This document shows, piece by piece, positions 28,360 to 37,821 of a stretch of 64,000 nt of DNA. Numbering within the stretch: position 1 is the first letter of the stretch; each line of letters starts with the position of its first letter. The notes under the pieces are model-generated. The model saw only the letters and a program-made list of their open reading frames with translations, did not search any database and was not told the DNA's origin. Made by a program: the position numbers and the translations under genes. Source of the stretch: an uncultured Candidatus Saccharibacteria bacterium (GTDB lineage Bacteria > Patescibacteriota > Minisyncoccia > Phycocordibacterales > UBA918); the NCBI GenBank assembly GCA_964350645.1, contig CAYGJY010000001.1, positions 208,621-272,620 of the forward strand. The letters run 5' to 3'.

Positions 28360-29433
28360 ATGTCGAGCTTCTCGCGCTATTTTGACAAATTTTTAGGAAC
28401 GATTTCGACCGATATCGGGATTGATCTTGGAACTGCCAATACTCTCGTCTATGTTAAAGGCCGGGGAATTGTTCTCTCGGAGCCAACTATCGTAGCGGTC
28501 AATAAGAAAACTGGTCAGTTAGTGGCAGTCGGCAATGAAGCTAAGTCGATGCTCGGTCGAACTCCTGGTCATATTGAAGTGATCAGGCCACTCGTCGAGG
28601 GTGTTATTTCAGACTTTGAAATTACTGAAGAAATGCTCGCATATCTCATTAACAAAGTGCGTAGCGAAATGCGGCAGATTATCTCACCACGAGTGTTAAT
28701 TGGGGTACCATGCGGCATTACCAATGTAGAAATGCGTGCTGCGCGTGATGCTGCTAAGAACGCCGGTGCCCGAGATGTGTTCTTGATTGAAGAACCCATG
28801 GCAGCAGCTATCGGAGCAAAGCTACCGATCCATAAAGCCGTTGGTAGTATGATTATTGATGTGGGTGGCGGTACGGCCAACATCGCCGTTATTTCACTTG
28901 GTGGAATTGTCACTTCAGAAAACTTACGCACTGCTGGAGATCATCTCAACAGTGCGATCGCAAGCTATATCCGCGATCAATTTAAAGTATTGGTGGGGGA
29001 GAAGACGGCCGAAGAAGCGAAGATTAAGCTTGCGTCAATCGTGCATCCCGATGAAGTAAAAGAATTGGTTGTGCGTGGTCGCGACGTTGTTACTGGTCTT
29101 CCGCGCGAAGTCGTCATTACTGATGCAGATATTCGGGAAGCTATCTCACCTTTGGTTGACTCAATTGTTGATACGGTTCGGTCCGTCCTCGAAAAAACCC
29201 CACCTGAAGTATTGGCAGATATTATGCAGCGGGGCATTCATCTTTCTGGAGGAGGCGCCCTTATCCCGGGCTTTGCGGCACTGTTAGAGGAGGTTTTGCA
29301 AGTACCGGTGATTATTGTGCCGGATCCACTTCGTGCAGTTGTGCGTGGAACTGGTATTGTATTAGAGAATCTTGATGACTATGTTGAAATTCTCATCGAC
29401 AACGAAGGTGAGCTCACGCCGCACCTCTCATAA
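28360..29433 (+). CDS. mreB: rod shape-determining protein MreB (paralogue 2)
   Basis: GIDLGTANT, EEPMAAAIGA, DVGGGT, LSGGG; heads mreC-mreD-mrdA. Confidence 0.96.
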   Translation: MSSFSRYFDKFLGTISTDIGIDLGTANTLVYVKGRGIVLSEPTIVAVNKKTGQLVAVGNEAKSMLGRTPGHIEVIRPLVEGVISDFEITEEMLAYLINKVRSEMRQIISPRVLIGVPCGITNVEMRAARDAAKNAGARDVFLIEEPMAAAIGAKLPIHKAVGSMIIDVGGGTANIAVISLGGIVTSENLRTAGDHLNSAIASYIRDQFKVLVGEKTAEEAKIKLASIVHPDEVKELVVRGRDVVTGLPREVVITDADIREAISPLVDSIVDTVRSVLEKTPPEVLADIMQRGIHLSGGGALIPGFAALLEEVLQVPVIIVPDPLRAVVRGTGIVLENLDDYVEILIDNEGELTPHLS

Positions 29434-30346
29434 GAAACGCTTGCGCTCTATTATTCTGCTTGGGGGAGGACTCCTGGTTGTCCTTTTGTTACTGCCACGT
29501 GTGTTTGGCTTTGTGTCGTCATTGGTATTTATGCCCCTGGCGATTACTGAGTCAGCCACGGCACGAATCAGTGCGCTGTTGCCAGCGTACTTCACTGATC
29601 GTCATGAGTTAATTACACAAATTAATCAACTGGAAGCTCGGATCGCTCAAGAATCAAGTGGTGCAAGTACGGTAGTAACATTGCAAAGAGAAAATCAAGC
29701 GCTGCGAGCTCTGCTTGGTGATGAAACAGATCAACGTATCGCTGCCGGAGTGATTGGACGACCGACGGTAACTCCTTATGATGTCTTGGTAATTGACCAG
29801 GGTAGTAGCTCCGGAATTGTCGAGGCAGCACCAGTGTATGTGGGTAGGGATCAGGTGATTGGCTTTGTCGAGCGAGTCTATGAACATAGCGCGGTTGTCG
29901 TCCTTGCGACGACTCCTGGGTATGCATCAACTGTGTATATTTATGGTCCAAACATCTATACAACCGCTCGCGGATTAGGCGGTGGTGTGCTTGAAGTTAG
30001 CGTGCCGCAAGGAATCGAGATTGCTGAGGATGATGTTGTGGTATTGCCATCACTTAGTTCTGGTGTGTATGGCACACTCAGTGTTATTGAATCAATCGCG
30101 TCAGAGCCAGAACAACGCGGCTACGTGACATCCCAAGTACCACTGCACAGTTTACGTTTTGTTAGTGTAGGTCGAAAGCCGCTTGAAGTGATCTCTTTTG
30201 ACAGCGCCCGTGAGGTGGTGGCTGAGGCACGTGAAGCATTATTACGAATCCCGGTGCCAGCGGGGGTGTTGGTCGATTTTCAAGAAGATACTGGCACTAC
30301 CACTGCCAGTACGACAGAAGCGGCTACTACTTCGCCTGCCGTATGA
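29381..30346 (+). CDS. mreC: rod shape-determining protein MreC
   Basis: N-terminal TM, ENQALRALL coiled coil, IDQGSSSGI; synteny; start uncertain. Confidence 0.88.
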   Translation: MLKFSSTTKVSSRRTSHKKRLRSIILLGGGLLVVLLLLPRVFGFVSSLVFMPLAITESATARISALLPAYFTDRHELITQINQLEARIAQESSGASTVVTLQRENQALRALLGDETDQRIAAGVIGRPTVTPYDVLVIDQGSSSGIVEAAPVYVGRDQVIGFVERVYEHSAVVVLATTPGYASTVYIYGPNIYTTARGLGGGVLEVSVPQGIEIAEDDVVVLPSLSSGVYGTLSVIESIASEPEQRGYVTSQVPLHSLRFVSVGRKPLEVISFDSAREVVAEAREALLRIPVPAGVLVDFQEDTGTTTASTTEAATTSPAV

Positions 30347-30603
30347 GATTTTTATTATTTTGCATCTTGGTTATCTTGAGTACTTTGCTGCCTTGGCCGG
30401 GGCTATTGTTATTGGCAATAGGCTATGCGCTCTATGTTTCTGCAGCGTATGAGTTGATTGTCCTAGGAGGACTAATTGATGCGTACTATGGAGTAGCAGT
30501 TGTTGTGCCGTACTATACGCTCGTCGCTGTTGCAATCGTATTGTGTATTGAACTTATCAAACCACTCCTTAGTGTTTATACTGATGAGTACAGTCTTCGT
30601 TAA
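30343..30603 (+). CDS. mreD: minimal MreD-like membrane protein
   Basis: 86-aa hydrophobic ORF with GGLIDAY, between mreC and mrdA. Confidence 0.55.
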   Translation: MRFLLFCILVILSTLLPWPGLLLLAIGYALYVSAAYELIVLGGLIDAYYGVAVVVPYYTLVAVAIVLCIELIKPLLSVYTDEYSLR

Positions 30604-30605
30604 CT

Positions 30606-32309
30606 ATGTTTTTTCGCCGCAAATCAAAAAATCAGGTTGAGTTCGATGAGATTTTTCTTGATGCGTCCAATTTGCCTTCATTCAACCAGGGTCGTCTCGA
30701 AGGAAAAATGGAATTACCAATCACCAGGCGCAATGTACTTTTAATTGGAGGTCTGTTTGTTATTGTTGCACTATTGTTTTTGAGCAAATTATTTACTCTG
30801 CAAGTGATTCATGGGGCAACGTACCGGGAACAAAGTGAAGCCAATCGAATTAATGAAGGAGTGATCATCGCTGAACGGGGTGTGGTCTATGATCGAAATA
30901 ACGAATTAGTTGCTTGGAATGAACATGACTATACAGATGAATATGCGTTTCCCGTACGGGCGTATTCAGACCGCTTGGGTATTGGACAGCTGATTGGGTA
31001 TGTGAGTTATCCGCAGAAAGATAGTCGAGGTTTTTATTTCCGTACCGAGTACATCGGTCGTAACGGAGTCGAAGGGTCTTATCATGCTATGTTGAGTGGT
31101 CAAAACGGCCAGCGATTAGTTGAAGTTGATGCACATGGGTCAGTGGTGTCTGAACATGCGGTTGAAGAACCGGTGCCGGGAGGAGAGGTGCATTTGTCGA
31201 TCGATGCTGAGCTCTCAGAGGCGATGTACAACATCATTGCGACATCAACTGCTCAGTCAGGTTCGCGTAGTGGTGCCGGGGCAATTATGGACGTGCGAAC
31301 TGGTGAGATTATTGCAATGACTAGTTTTCCATCGTATGACCCGGAAGTGATGGCGGACGGTGATGACGTCGCTTTGATTAATCAATACAACGCTGATGAG
31401 CGATTTCCGTTTCTCAATAAAGTGATTGCAGGTGCCTATACACCCGGATCAATCGTGAAGCCATTTGTGGCGTACGGGGCATTGGCAGAAAACATTATTA
31501 GTCCAGAGAAAACCATTGTTAGTACTGGAGAAATCGTTATTCCAAACCCTTATAACCCATCTAACCCATCGATCTTCCGTGACTGGCGAGCTCATGGAAA
31601 AATGACCATGCGTGAAGCAATTGCATTCTCTTCAAACGTCTACTTTTATATTATCGGTGGTGGTTTTTTGGATCAGCCTGGGTTAGGGATTACTAAAATG
31701 CATGAGTATTTTAGTTTGTTTGGTTTTGGCAAAGAATCAGGCATCAATCTCGATAATGAACAAACGGGTACGGTGCCAAACCCTGAATGGAAGCGTGAAT
31801 TGTTCGATGATGACTGGCGTTTGGGGGATACGTATTTCACTGCTATTGGTCAATATGGTTTTCAGGTGACGCCACTTCAGATGCTGGTAGCCTATGGGGC
31901 GCTCGCCAATGGAGGGAAGTTATTTGTGCCACATATTGAAAAAGACGTCGTAGGAGAGTCGACAGATCTTGGTCTTGATCCAGCAAAGTTGTCCGTGGTG
32001 CAAGAGGGGATGCGTAAGACAGTTATTCTTGATGGTGGTACTGCCCGGTCACTTGAGAAACCCTATGTCAACATCGCGGCTAAGTCTGGTACTGCTGAGC
32101 TCGACTTCGCTAAGGCTCGGTTAAACACGTGGGCTGCTGGTTACTGGCCGTATGAAGACCCTCAGTATGCATTTATTATTCTGATGGAAAACGCACCGTA
32201 CGCTAATCGTTTAGGGGGTACGCGCGTGATGGGTGATGTAATGGATTGGATCAATGTACATAGACCTGAGTATTTAGGGGAAGATGTTGAAACAACAGAG
32301 CTCGAATAG
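30606..32309 (+). CDS. mrdA: penicillin-binding protein 2
   Basis: RGVVYDRN, PGSIVK (SxxK), SSN (SxN), KSGT. Confidence 0.93.
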   Translation: MFFRRKSKNQVEFDEIFLDASNLPSFNQGRLEGKMELPITRRNVLLIGGLFVIVALLFLSKLFTLQVIHGATYREQSEANRINEGVIIAERGVVYDRNNELVAWNEHDYTDEYAFPVRAYSDRLGIGQLIGYVSYPQKDSRGFYFRTEYIGRNGVEGSYHAMLSGQNGQRLVEVDAHGSVVSEHAVEEPVPGGEVHLSIDAELSEAMYNIIATSTAQSGSRSGAGAIMDVRTGEIIAMTSFPSYDPEVMADGDDVALINQYNADERFPFLNKVIAGAYTPGSIVKPFVAYGALAENIISPEKTIVSTGEIVIPNPYNPSNPSIFRDWRAHGKMTMREAIAFSSNVYFYIIGGGFLDQPGLGITKMHEYFSLFGFGKESGINLDNEQTGTVPNPEWKRELFDDDWRLGDTYFTAIGQYGFQVTPLQMLVAYGALANGGKLFVPHIEKDVVGESTDLGLDPAKLSVVQEGMRKTVILDGGTARSLEKPYVNIAAKSGTAELDFAKARLNTWAAGYWPYEDPQYAFIILMENAPYANRLGGTRVMGDVMDWINVHRPEYLGEDVETTELE

Positions 32310-32380
32310 GCATTTTTATACACACGTTGACCCGCTCGGCATTGTGCGTATAATTGGACACACCAAATAAATCAGAATCT

Positions 32381-32851
32381 ATGAATGACACACAAGCATA
32401 CCTAACCAAAGAGAAATTTGATGAATTGAAGAAAGAACTGGAACACCTCAAGACTGTTCGTCGTAAGGAAGTTGCAGAGTCACTCGAGTATGCTCGAAGC
32501 CTTGGAGACCTCTCAGAAAACGCTGAGTATCAGGAGGCACGCGATATGCAGGCAGCAATTGAAGAACGAATTAGTCACCTCGAACAAGTTATTAAGGAGG
32601 CCAAGATTGTTGCACACGACAAAAATGGCGATGTGATTGGTCTTGGGACTGAGGTAACTATTCAGAAGGATGGTGACTCAAAAGGCATTTCTTACACTAT
32701 TGTTGGTTCTGAAGAGGCTAACATTCACGATCATAAGCTGTCATATCTTTCACCACTTGGTGAAGCTTTGATGGGGAAGACAAAAGGCGAGACCTTTAGT
32801 TTTGAAACACCAAATGGTAAACAGTCATACAAAGTCTTAAAGGTTGGGTAA
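32381..32851 (+). CDS. greA: transcription elongation factor GreA
   Basis: GDLSENAEY, SPLGEAL. Confidence 0.97.
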   Translation: MNDTQAYLTKEKFDELKKELEHLKTVRRKEVAESLEYARSLGDLSENAEYQEARDMQAAIEERISHLEQVIKEAKIVAHDKNGDVIGLGTEVTIQKDGDSKGISYTIVGSEEANIHDHKLSYLSPLGEALMGKTKGETFSFETPNGKQSYKVLKVG

Positions 32852-32867
32852 GCGGTATATACATGAC

Positions 32868-32898
32868 AAAGGGCGGCTGTCTTCGACAGCCGCCCTTT
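32868..32898 (+). terminator. terminator hairpin
   Basis: AAAGGGCGGCTGTC-TTC-GACAGCCGCCCTTT. Confidence 0.8.
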
Positions 32899-32932
32899 GC
32901 ATTTCTCTCCCGAAACGCTAGTATAGAAACCT

Positions 32933-34387
32933 ATGTCATCAATTGAAGAAATTAGGGAAGAGAGAATTCGAAAGCGTGATCAATTGGTCGCAGCTGGGAT
33001 GAACCCCTATGCAGCGACGACCAGCCGTACGCATTCAATTGGTGCTGTTCTCAAAGAGTTTGATACGTTAGCTGATGATGAGACAGAGTTGGTAGTTGCT
33101 GGTCGGGTAATGGCGATGCGTCGCCACGGAGGGTCTGCTTTCGTAGATTTATATGATGGTACAGAACGCATGCAGGTTTTTTTCTCCAAAGATGCTATTG
33201 GTACTCGTTTATTCGAGTTGCTCAATGACACTGTCGATCCAAGCGATTTTATCGAGATTAAAGGAACGCCTTTTTTAACCAAGCGAGGTGCTGAAGCAAT
33301 CGCTGCATCAGACTGGCAAATTTTAACTAAAGCATTACAGGCCGTGCCGGCAGAACACTTTGGTATTAAAGACGAAGATGAGCGCTTGCGTAAGCGATAT
33401 CTGGACATCCTACTTGATCCTGAACTACGCGACTTGTTTATTCTCAAGGCTAAGTTTTGGGATACGACGCGGGCTTTTCTAAAAGAAAAAGGTTTTTTAG
33501 AAGTGGAAACACCAACTCTCGAGGTCACCACCGGTGGTGCTGAGGCTCGTCCGTTCGCTACTCGCCATCATGATTTTGATATGGATGTGTTTATGCGTAT
33601 TTCGGTTGGTGAATTATGGCAGAAACGTCTGATGGCAGCGGGTGTGCCAAAGACATTTGAAATTGGACGAGTCTATCGCAATGAAGGGTCGAGTCCGGAG
33701 CATCTCCAAGAATTCACTAATATGGAATTCTATTGGGCGTATGCCAACTATGAAGATGGCATGAATCTCGTGCGAGAGTTATACATTCGTATCGCTTCAG
33801 AAGTATTTGGTACAACCAAGTTCACTACCCGTGGCCATACGTTTGATTTGGCTGATGAATGGACTAAGATTGATTATGTAGAAGAGATCAAGCGACAGAT
33901 CAAAGTTGATGTCACTTCAGCCACTGAAGTTGAGATGGCGGCGACGGCTGCTGAATTAGGAATTACGTATGAAGGAGGTAACCGAGAACGTCTTATTGAT
34001 ACACTTTGGAAGTATTGCCGCAAGCATATCACCGGCCCTGCATTCTTAATACATCACCCACTTATTGTTGGCCCATTGGCTAAAAAAGTTCCAGGTAAAC
34101 AAGTGGTAGAAATGTTTCAGCCAATTATTGCAGGAAGTGAGGTAGGACGCGGATATAGCGAACTTAATGATCCAATTGACCAGGCGGCACGATTTGCTGT
34201 TCAGCAACGACTACTCGATGGAGGTGACGAAGAAGCTATGATGCCAGACCATGAGTTTGTTGACATGCTTGAATACGGTATGCCACCAACCTGTGGCTTT
34301 GGTTTTGGTGAACGTTTCTTTGCTTTTTTAGTGGATAAGCCACTACGTGAGACGCAACTCTTTCCACTTGTTAAGCCACGTGATTAA
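32933..34387 (+). CDS. lysS: lysine--tRNA ligase (class II)
   Basis: GGAEARPF, YRNEG, YSELNDP, YGMPPTCGFGFG. Confidence 0.97.
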   Translation: MSSIEEIREERIRKRDQLVAAGMNPYAATTSRTHSIGAVLKEFDTLADDETELVVAGRVMAMRRHGGSAFVDLYDGTERMQVFFSKDAIGTRLFELLNDTVDPSDFIEIKGTPFLTKRGAEAIAASDWQILTKALQAVPAEHFGIKDEDERLRKRYLDILLDPELRDLFILKAKFWDTTRAFLKEKGFLEVETPTLEVTTGGAEARPFATRHHDFDMDVFMRISVGELWQKRLMAAGVPKTFEIGRVYRNEGSSPEHLQEFTNMEFYWAYANYEDGMNLVRELYIRIASEVFGTTKFTTRGHTFDLADEWTKIDYVEEIKRQIKVDVTSATEVEMAATAAELGITYEGGNRERLIDTLWKYCRKHITGPAFLIHHPLIVGPLAKKVPGKQVVEMFQPIIAGSEVGRGYSELNDPIDQAARFAVQQRLLDGGDEEAMMPDHEFVDMLEYGMPPTCGFGFGERFFAFLVDKPLRETQLFPLVKPRD

Positions 34388-34427
34388 TGTGTAACTTTTC
34401 TTCTCATGGTGGTGTTACAGGCCCATA

Positions 34428-35168
34428 ATGAGTACTTCAACCTATCACGTCGGCATTATTCTCGATGGTAATGGCCGTTGGGCAAAAGCGCAGGGAAAGC
34501 CACGTCTTTTCGGTCACACAGCTGGTTTTAAAAATGTTGAACCAGTCTTACAAGCGGCGCTCGACATGAACATCACCACGCTGACAGTGTATGCGTTTGC
34601 GATTGCAAACTGGAATCGAGATAAAGACGAGGTGGATGGGTTGTGGAATATTTTCCGATTATTTTTTACCTCTGAGCTGGAGAAAATCAAAAAAAACGAA
34701 GTGCGCGTTAAAGTGATCGGGAGACGAGATGAGATTGCCGACGATGTCGTAACCCTGATCGAAAAAGCTGAAGTTGAGACTGCACATTTCACCAAGGCCA
34801 CGTTCCAGATAGCTTTGAACTATGATGGGGTAGAAGAGGTCGTCAGAGCCACGAAGGCGATTGCTGAACAGGTGAGCACAGGTGCCCTCAACAGCGCTGA
34901 CATCACCCCAGAGCTCTTAGAACAACATTTAGATACATCGAGTACACCTGAGGTTGATGTAGTTATTAGAACCGGTATGCCGCCACTTGAGTCAGAAAAG
35001 GGTATGGGAGTCTGGCGCAGCTCATCTTTCTTACAGCTGCAATCTGCTCAGGCGGTATGCGTCTCAACCGAAACACTGTGGCCAGACTTTTCGGCCGCTG
35101 ATCTCAAGGCTGCCATGACCCTTGCTAAACCCGACGATCGATTGTTTGGTGGTCAACGCCAGCACTAA
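34428..35168 (+). CDS. uppS: cis-prenyltransferase (undecaprenyl-PP synthase family), divergent
   Basis: IILDGNGRWA, GH, YAFAIANWNR, ALNY, IRTG, LWPDF, RLFGG. Confidence 0.88.
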   Translation: MSTSTYHVGIILDGNGRWAKAQGKPRLFGHTAGFKNVEPVLQAALDMNITTLTVYAFAIANWNRDKDEVDGLWNIFRLFFTSELEKIKKNEVRVKVIGRRDEIADDVVTLIEKAEVETAHFTKATFQIALNYDGVEEVVRATKAIAEQVSTGALNSADITPELLEQHLDTSSTPEVDVVIRTGMPPLESEKGMGVWRSSSFLQLQSAQAVCVSTETLWPDFSAADLKAAMTLAKPDDRLFGGQRQH

Positions 35169-35249
35169 GATGTAACTTTTTTAAAGTTACATTGTTTTTA
35201 CATATGAGCACTATTAATGTGCACAACATGTTACTAGGAGGTGACAAAT

Positions 35250-35441
35250 ATGTCTCTTGAATATTTTTTAGACGAGGGTGACAGATTAGGAAAGCCTGCT
35301 GGGGGGAAACGTGGAGCCATTGAAAAAGCTCGGCGCGCCGAAGAGAAAAGAAATGTTCTTTTTGCTCAGGGTCTATGGCCGATTCTGGAACCTGTGAATG
35401 GTCCTGAAGGTGATCCTCATCCTTTTTTTTCTGGGCTTTAA
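35250..35441 (+). CDS. small hypothetical protein (63 aa)
   Basis: strong AGGAGGTG SD before ATG 35250; followed by two hairpins. Confidence 0.6.
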   Translation: MSLEYFLDEGDRLGKPAGGKRGAIEKARRAEEKRNVLFAQGLWPILEPVNGPEGDPHPFFSGL

Positions 35442-35446
35442 CAGTA

Positions 35447-35503
35447 GGGCGGCGAACGCGCCGCCCTGACCGCACCTGTGGTAAAGCACCATGGGTGTTT
35501 TTT
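35447..35503 (+). terminator. double hairpin with U-tract
   Basis: GGGCGGC-N6-GCCGCCC then GCACCTGTGGT-AAAGC-ACCATGGGTGT-TTTTT. Confidence 0.65.
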
Positions 35504-35557
35504 GCTGCTTATATTTTGACACTGAGACTGGCCACGGTGTCTTTAGTTGGAAATTAT

Positions 35558-35729
35558 TTGCATAAATAAACTTTATCAGTATAATCAAAATACATTATGA
35601 ATTTTATAACTGCACAAAAGATGCACCGGTGGATGAAGCCTTCTTCGGAAGTCGTCTTTTGTATGTGTGGATAATTATTCTCCTAATCATGTAAGCGGCC
35701 ACTTCCTTAGTACGGAAGTGGCCGCTTTT
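35558..35729 (+). promoter_or_regulatory. promoter, leader ORF and terminator (putative attenuator)
   Basis: TTGCAT-16-TATAAT (35558-35585); ORF 35597..35674; hairpin AAGCGGCCACTTCC-N7-GGAAGTGGCCGCTTTT. Confidence 0.55.
35597..35674 (+). CDS. 25-aa peptide MNFITAQKMHRWMKPSSEVVFCMCG
   Basis: translated by hand; lies between a canonical promoter and a terminator. Confidence 0.45.
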   Translation: MNFITAQKMHRWMKPSSEVVFCMCG

Positions 35730-35757
35730 CTAATCTTTAATACGTAATTTATCTACT

Positions 35758-36204
35758 ATGAATTCAACACAACCAACCATAATAATTTTTGATTTTATGC
35801 GTACGCTGTATGATCCTGAGAGTGATTCATTAATCATGGGAGCTATAGAATTACTGGACGCTTGCAAGAAAAATCATCATGAACTTTATGTGCTTTCACG
35901 TAAAGAAGGTCAGCGGCGTACGCGAATAGATGAATTAGATATCGCACACTATTTTAAAGAGATTAGATTGGTTGAGGATAAACAAATAGACATGCAATTA
36001 TTTCGCAAGTTGCATCCAGATAAGACTATCTGGGTAATTGGGGACAGGGTTCGGGGTGAGATCCGGCATGGAAATGAGATTGGAGCAGTCACGGTTTGGT
36101 TCAAAAATGGTTTGTTTCAGGATGAAGAGCCCCAGACAGGTGAAGAAAAACCAGACTTTACAATCTCCAAACTTAGTGAATTTATAACAATTTTAGCTCA
36201 GTAG
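35758..36204 (+). CDS. HAD-superfamily hydrolase (cap-less)
   Basis: IFDFMRTLYD motif I variant, VLS motif II, K motif III, IGDR motif IV. Confidence 0.8.
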   Translation: MNSTQPTIIIFDFMRTLYDPESDSLIMGAIELLDACKKNHHELYVLSRKEGQRRTRIDELDIAHYFKEIRLVEDKQIDMQLFRKLHPDKTIWVIGDRVRGEIRHGNEIGAVTVWFKNGLFQDEEPQTGEEKPDFTISKLSEFITILAQ

Positions 36205-36284
36205 AAACGGTTGCATTATGTTGGCGGAGAGATCTACCCGCCAACACAGTTCGACAGTTTCACCAACAACTACAGGGGGCCATC

Positions 36285-37556
36285 ATGGCAGACGTTATAA
36301 AACTCCAGACTGCAATCGAGCAGCTGGGACTTTGGCAGGCAACTGGGGATGATGGGCGACACCGGTATCGGTACAAGCTCATCCCTGGCACGTTCAGGCT
36401 CACTGCTGATATGAGACAACAGCTGGGTGACATCGCGTCACTGACTACCGGTGGACTACAAGCTTCGGCTGCTCTGTCTGCTGCTCTGGGGAAAATTTCT
36501 CAGGCCGGCAAACAACTGACCGCAAAAGAGGCTGCTATCCTGAGGATGCTTAAGGCATCTTGTCAGGGATATCACTTTGCACCTGAAGTGCAGTCGTTGC
36601 CACCGATCGTCAAAGTTGATTTGGCGTGGGATGGTGAGCAGTTGCAGGTGCTAGAGATCGATACCTATAACCCCCGTGGGTTGGCGTACGCTTTCTGGTT
36701 GCGCCATGTTCATGTGCAGGCAGGGGATACTGAGGCAAAACACCCGGTCTTACTCCAGGCATTGCAGGCAGAGCTTGGAGGGGGTCAAGATTTGGTGTGG
36801 CTGTACTCCGAACGTGAACGCTATTACGCCCCAGTCCTGCGCGCTTTTGCGCAGGTTGTGGGCGAATACGGTATCAATGTGCGAGTGGTTGGGGAGCATC
36901 AGTTGCCCGATGACTTAAGCGATACTGCTGACGGCTTTCTCTCTGAGAACGAGAAACTGTTGATTGTCCCTGATCGTATGCACGATAAAATCGCTGCCAG
37001 GAATGCTTTGGTGCAGTTTGCTTTACAGTATCCTGAAAGGATGTTGACGCCGTATGTGCCACATTTGGGAGCCAAGGGTTTGCTGGCGTTCCTGACCAAC
37101 GGCAACAGTGATGCTGAGGTAGCTGCCTGGCAGGATTTGTATCTTTCGTCAGCGGTAAAATCGCTGGCTGGTCGGTACATTCCTAGTGCTGCAATTTTGG
37201 GTAAGCAGTTCACTCGCCGTGATCTGCCGGACTTCGTGGCTGATGGTCAGTCAGTACTGAAAGCAATCAACAGTTCTGGTGCGAAAGGTGTGTATATGCC
37301 AGACGCATCAGAGCATGGATCAGTATTGGCAACTGCTCGAAACCAACGCAATATAAATTTTATTGCGCAAAAACTGATCCGACAGTCACCGTTGCTTCTT
37401 GAGGGATGTGTAGCAGAGGAGTCGCACCTGGTGCGGATCACAGCCTACGTTGATACACGTACAAGCAGGTGCTTGGACGCTGAGTTGACGGGGACGGGCT
37501 CTGATCCGCTTGTACATGGCGGCTCTAGCTGTGTACAGTTACCGGCCATCTTCTGA
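36285..37556 (+). CDS. glutathionylspermidine-synthase / circularly permuted ATP-grasp-like ligase
   Basis: KVDL...LEIDTYNPRG, GAKGLLAFL, VLKAINSSGAKGV, IAQK, VHGG. Confidence 0.65.
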   Translation: MADVIKLQTAIEQLGLWQATGDDGRHRYRYKLIPGTFRLTADMRQQLGDIASLTTGGLQASAALSAALGKISQAGKQLTAKEAAILRMLKASCQGYHFAPEVQSLPPIVKVDLAWDGEQLQVLEIDTYNPRGLAYAFWLRHVHVQAGDTEAKHPVLLQALQAELGGGQDLVWLYSERERYYAPVLRAFAQVVGEYGINVRVVGEHQLPDDLSDTADGFLSENEKLLIVPDRMHDKIAARNALVQFALQYPERMLTPYVPHLGAKGLLAFLTNGNSDAEVAAWQDLYLSSAVKSLAGRYIPSAAILGKQFTRRDLPDFVADGQSVLKAINSSGAKGVYMPDASEHGSVLATARNQRNINFIAQKLIRQSPLLLEGCVAEESHLVRITAYVDTRTSRCLDAELTGTGSDPLVHGGSSCVQLPAIF

Positions 37557-37581
37557 GTACCTGATCAGAAGACGAAAACAT

Positions 37582-37611
37582 AAACCGGGCGCGTGAGCGC
37601 GCCCGGTTTTT
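37582..37611 (+). terminator. intrinsic terminator
   Basis: AAACCGGGCGC-GTGA-GCGCGCCCGGTTTTT. Confidence 0.8.
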
Positions 37612-37660
37612 CTTTTTGTCGAAGGTTTGTGTTGCCTGGTTGTCCACAGGAAAGTGTGCC

Positions 37661-37720
37661 GAGGTGGTTGTCGGTGGGTTGAAGTGGTGTATAGTGTAGG
37701 AGTGGTGGGAGATAGTGGTA
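37661..37720 (+). promoter_or_regulatory. MraZ-box-like direct repeats (GTGG core, ~10-nt period)
   Basis: gagGTGGttg tcgGTGGgtt gaaGTGGtgt ataGTGTagg agtgGTGGga gataGTGGta directly upstream of mraZ. Confidence 0.75.
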
Positions 37721-37821
37721 TACTTTAGAAATAAAGTATATGAAGACGATCTGATCTGAATACCCGCTGCCACGGCTCCACCCGTAGTGGCAGGTCTTCA
37801 GATCAGATCAGAATTATCAAT

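Noticed and set aside
35620-35660. Hammerhead-like ribozyme in the leader
   Set aside because: Lacks the CUGAUGA and GAAA core
37661-37720. CRISPR-like or iteron repeats
   Set aside because: The 10-nt GTGG period without spacers, directly upstream of mraZ, matches MraZ operator boxes; no CRISPR array or cas gene was seen in the window
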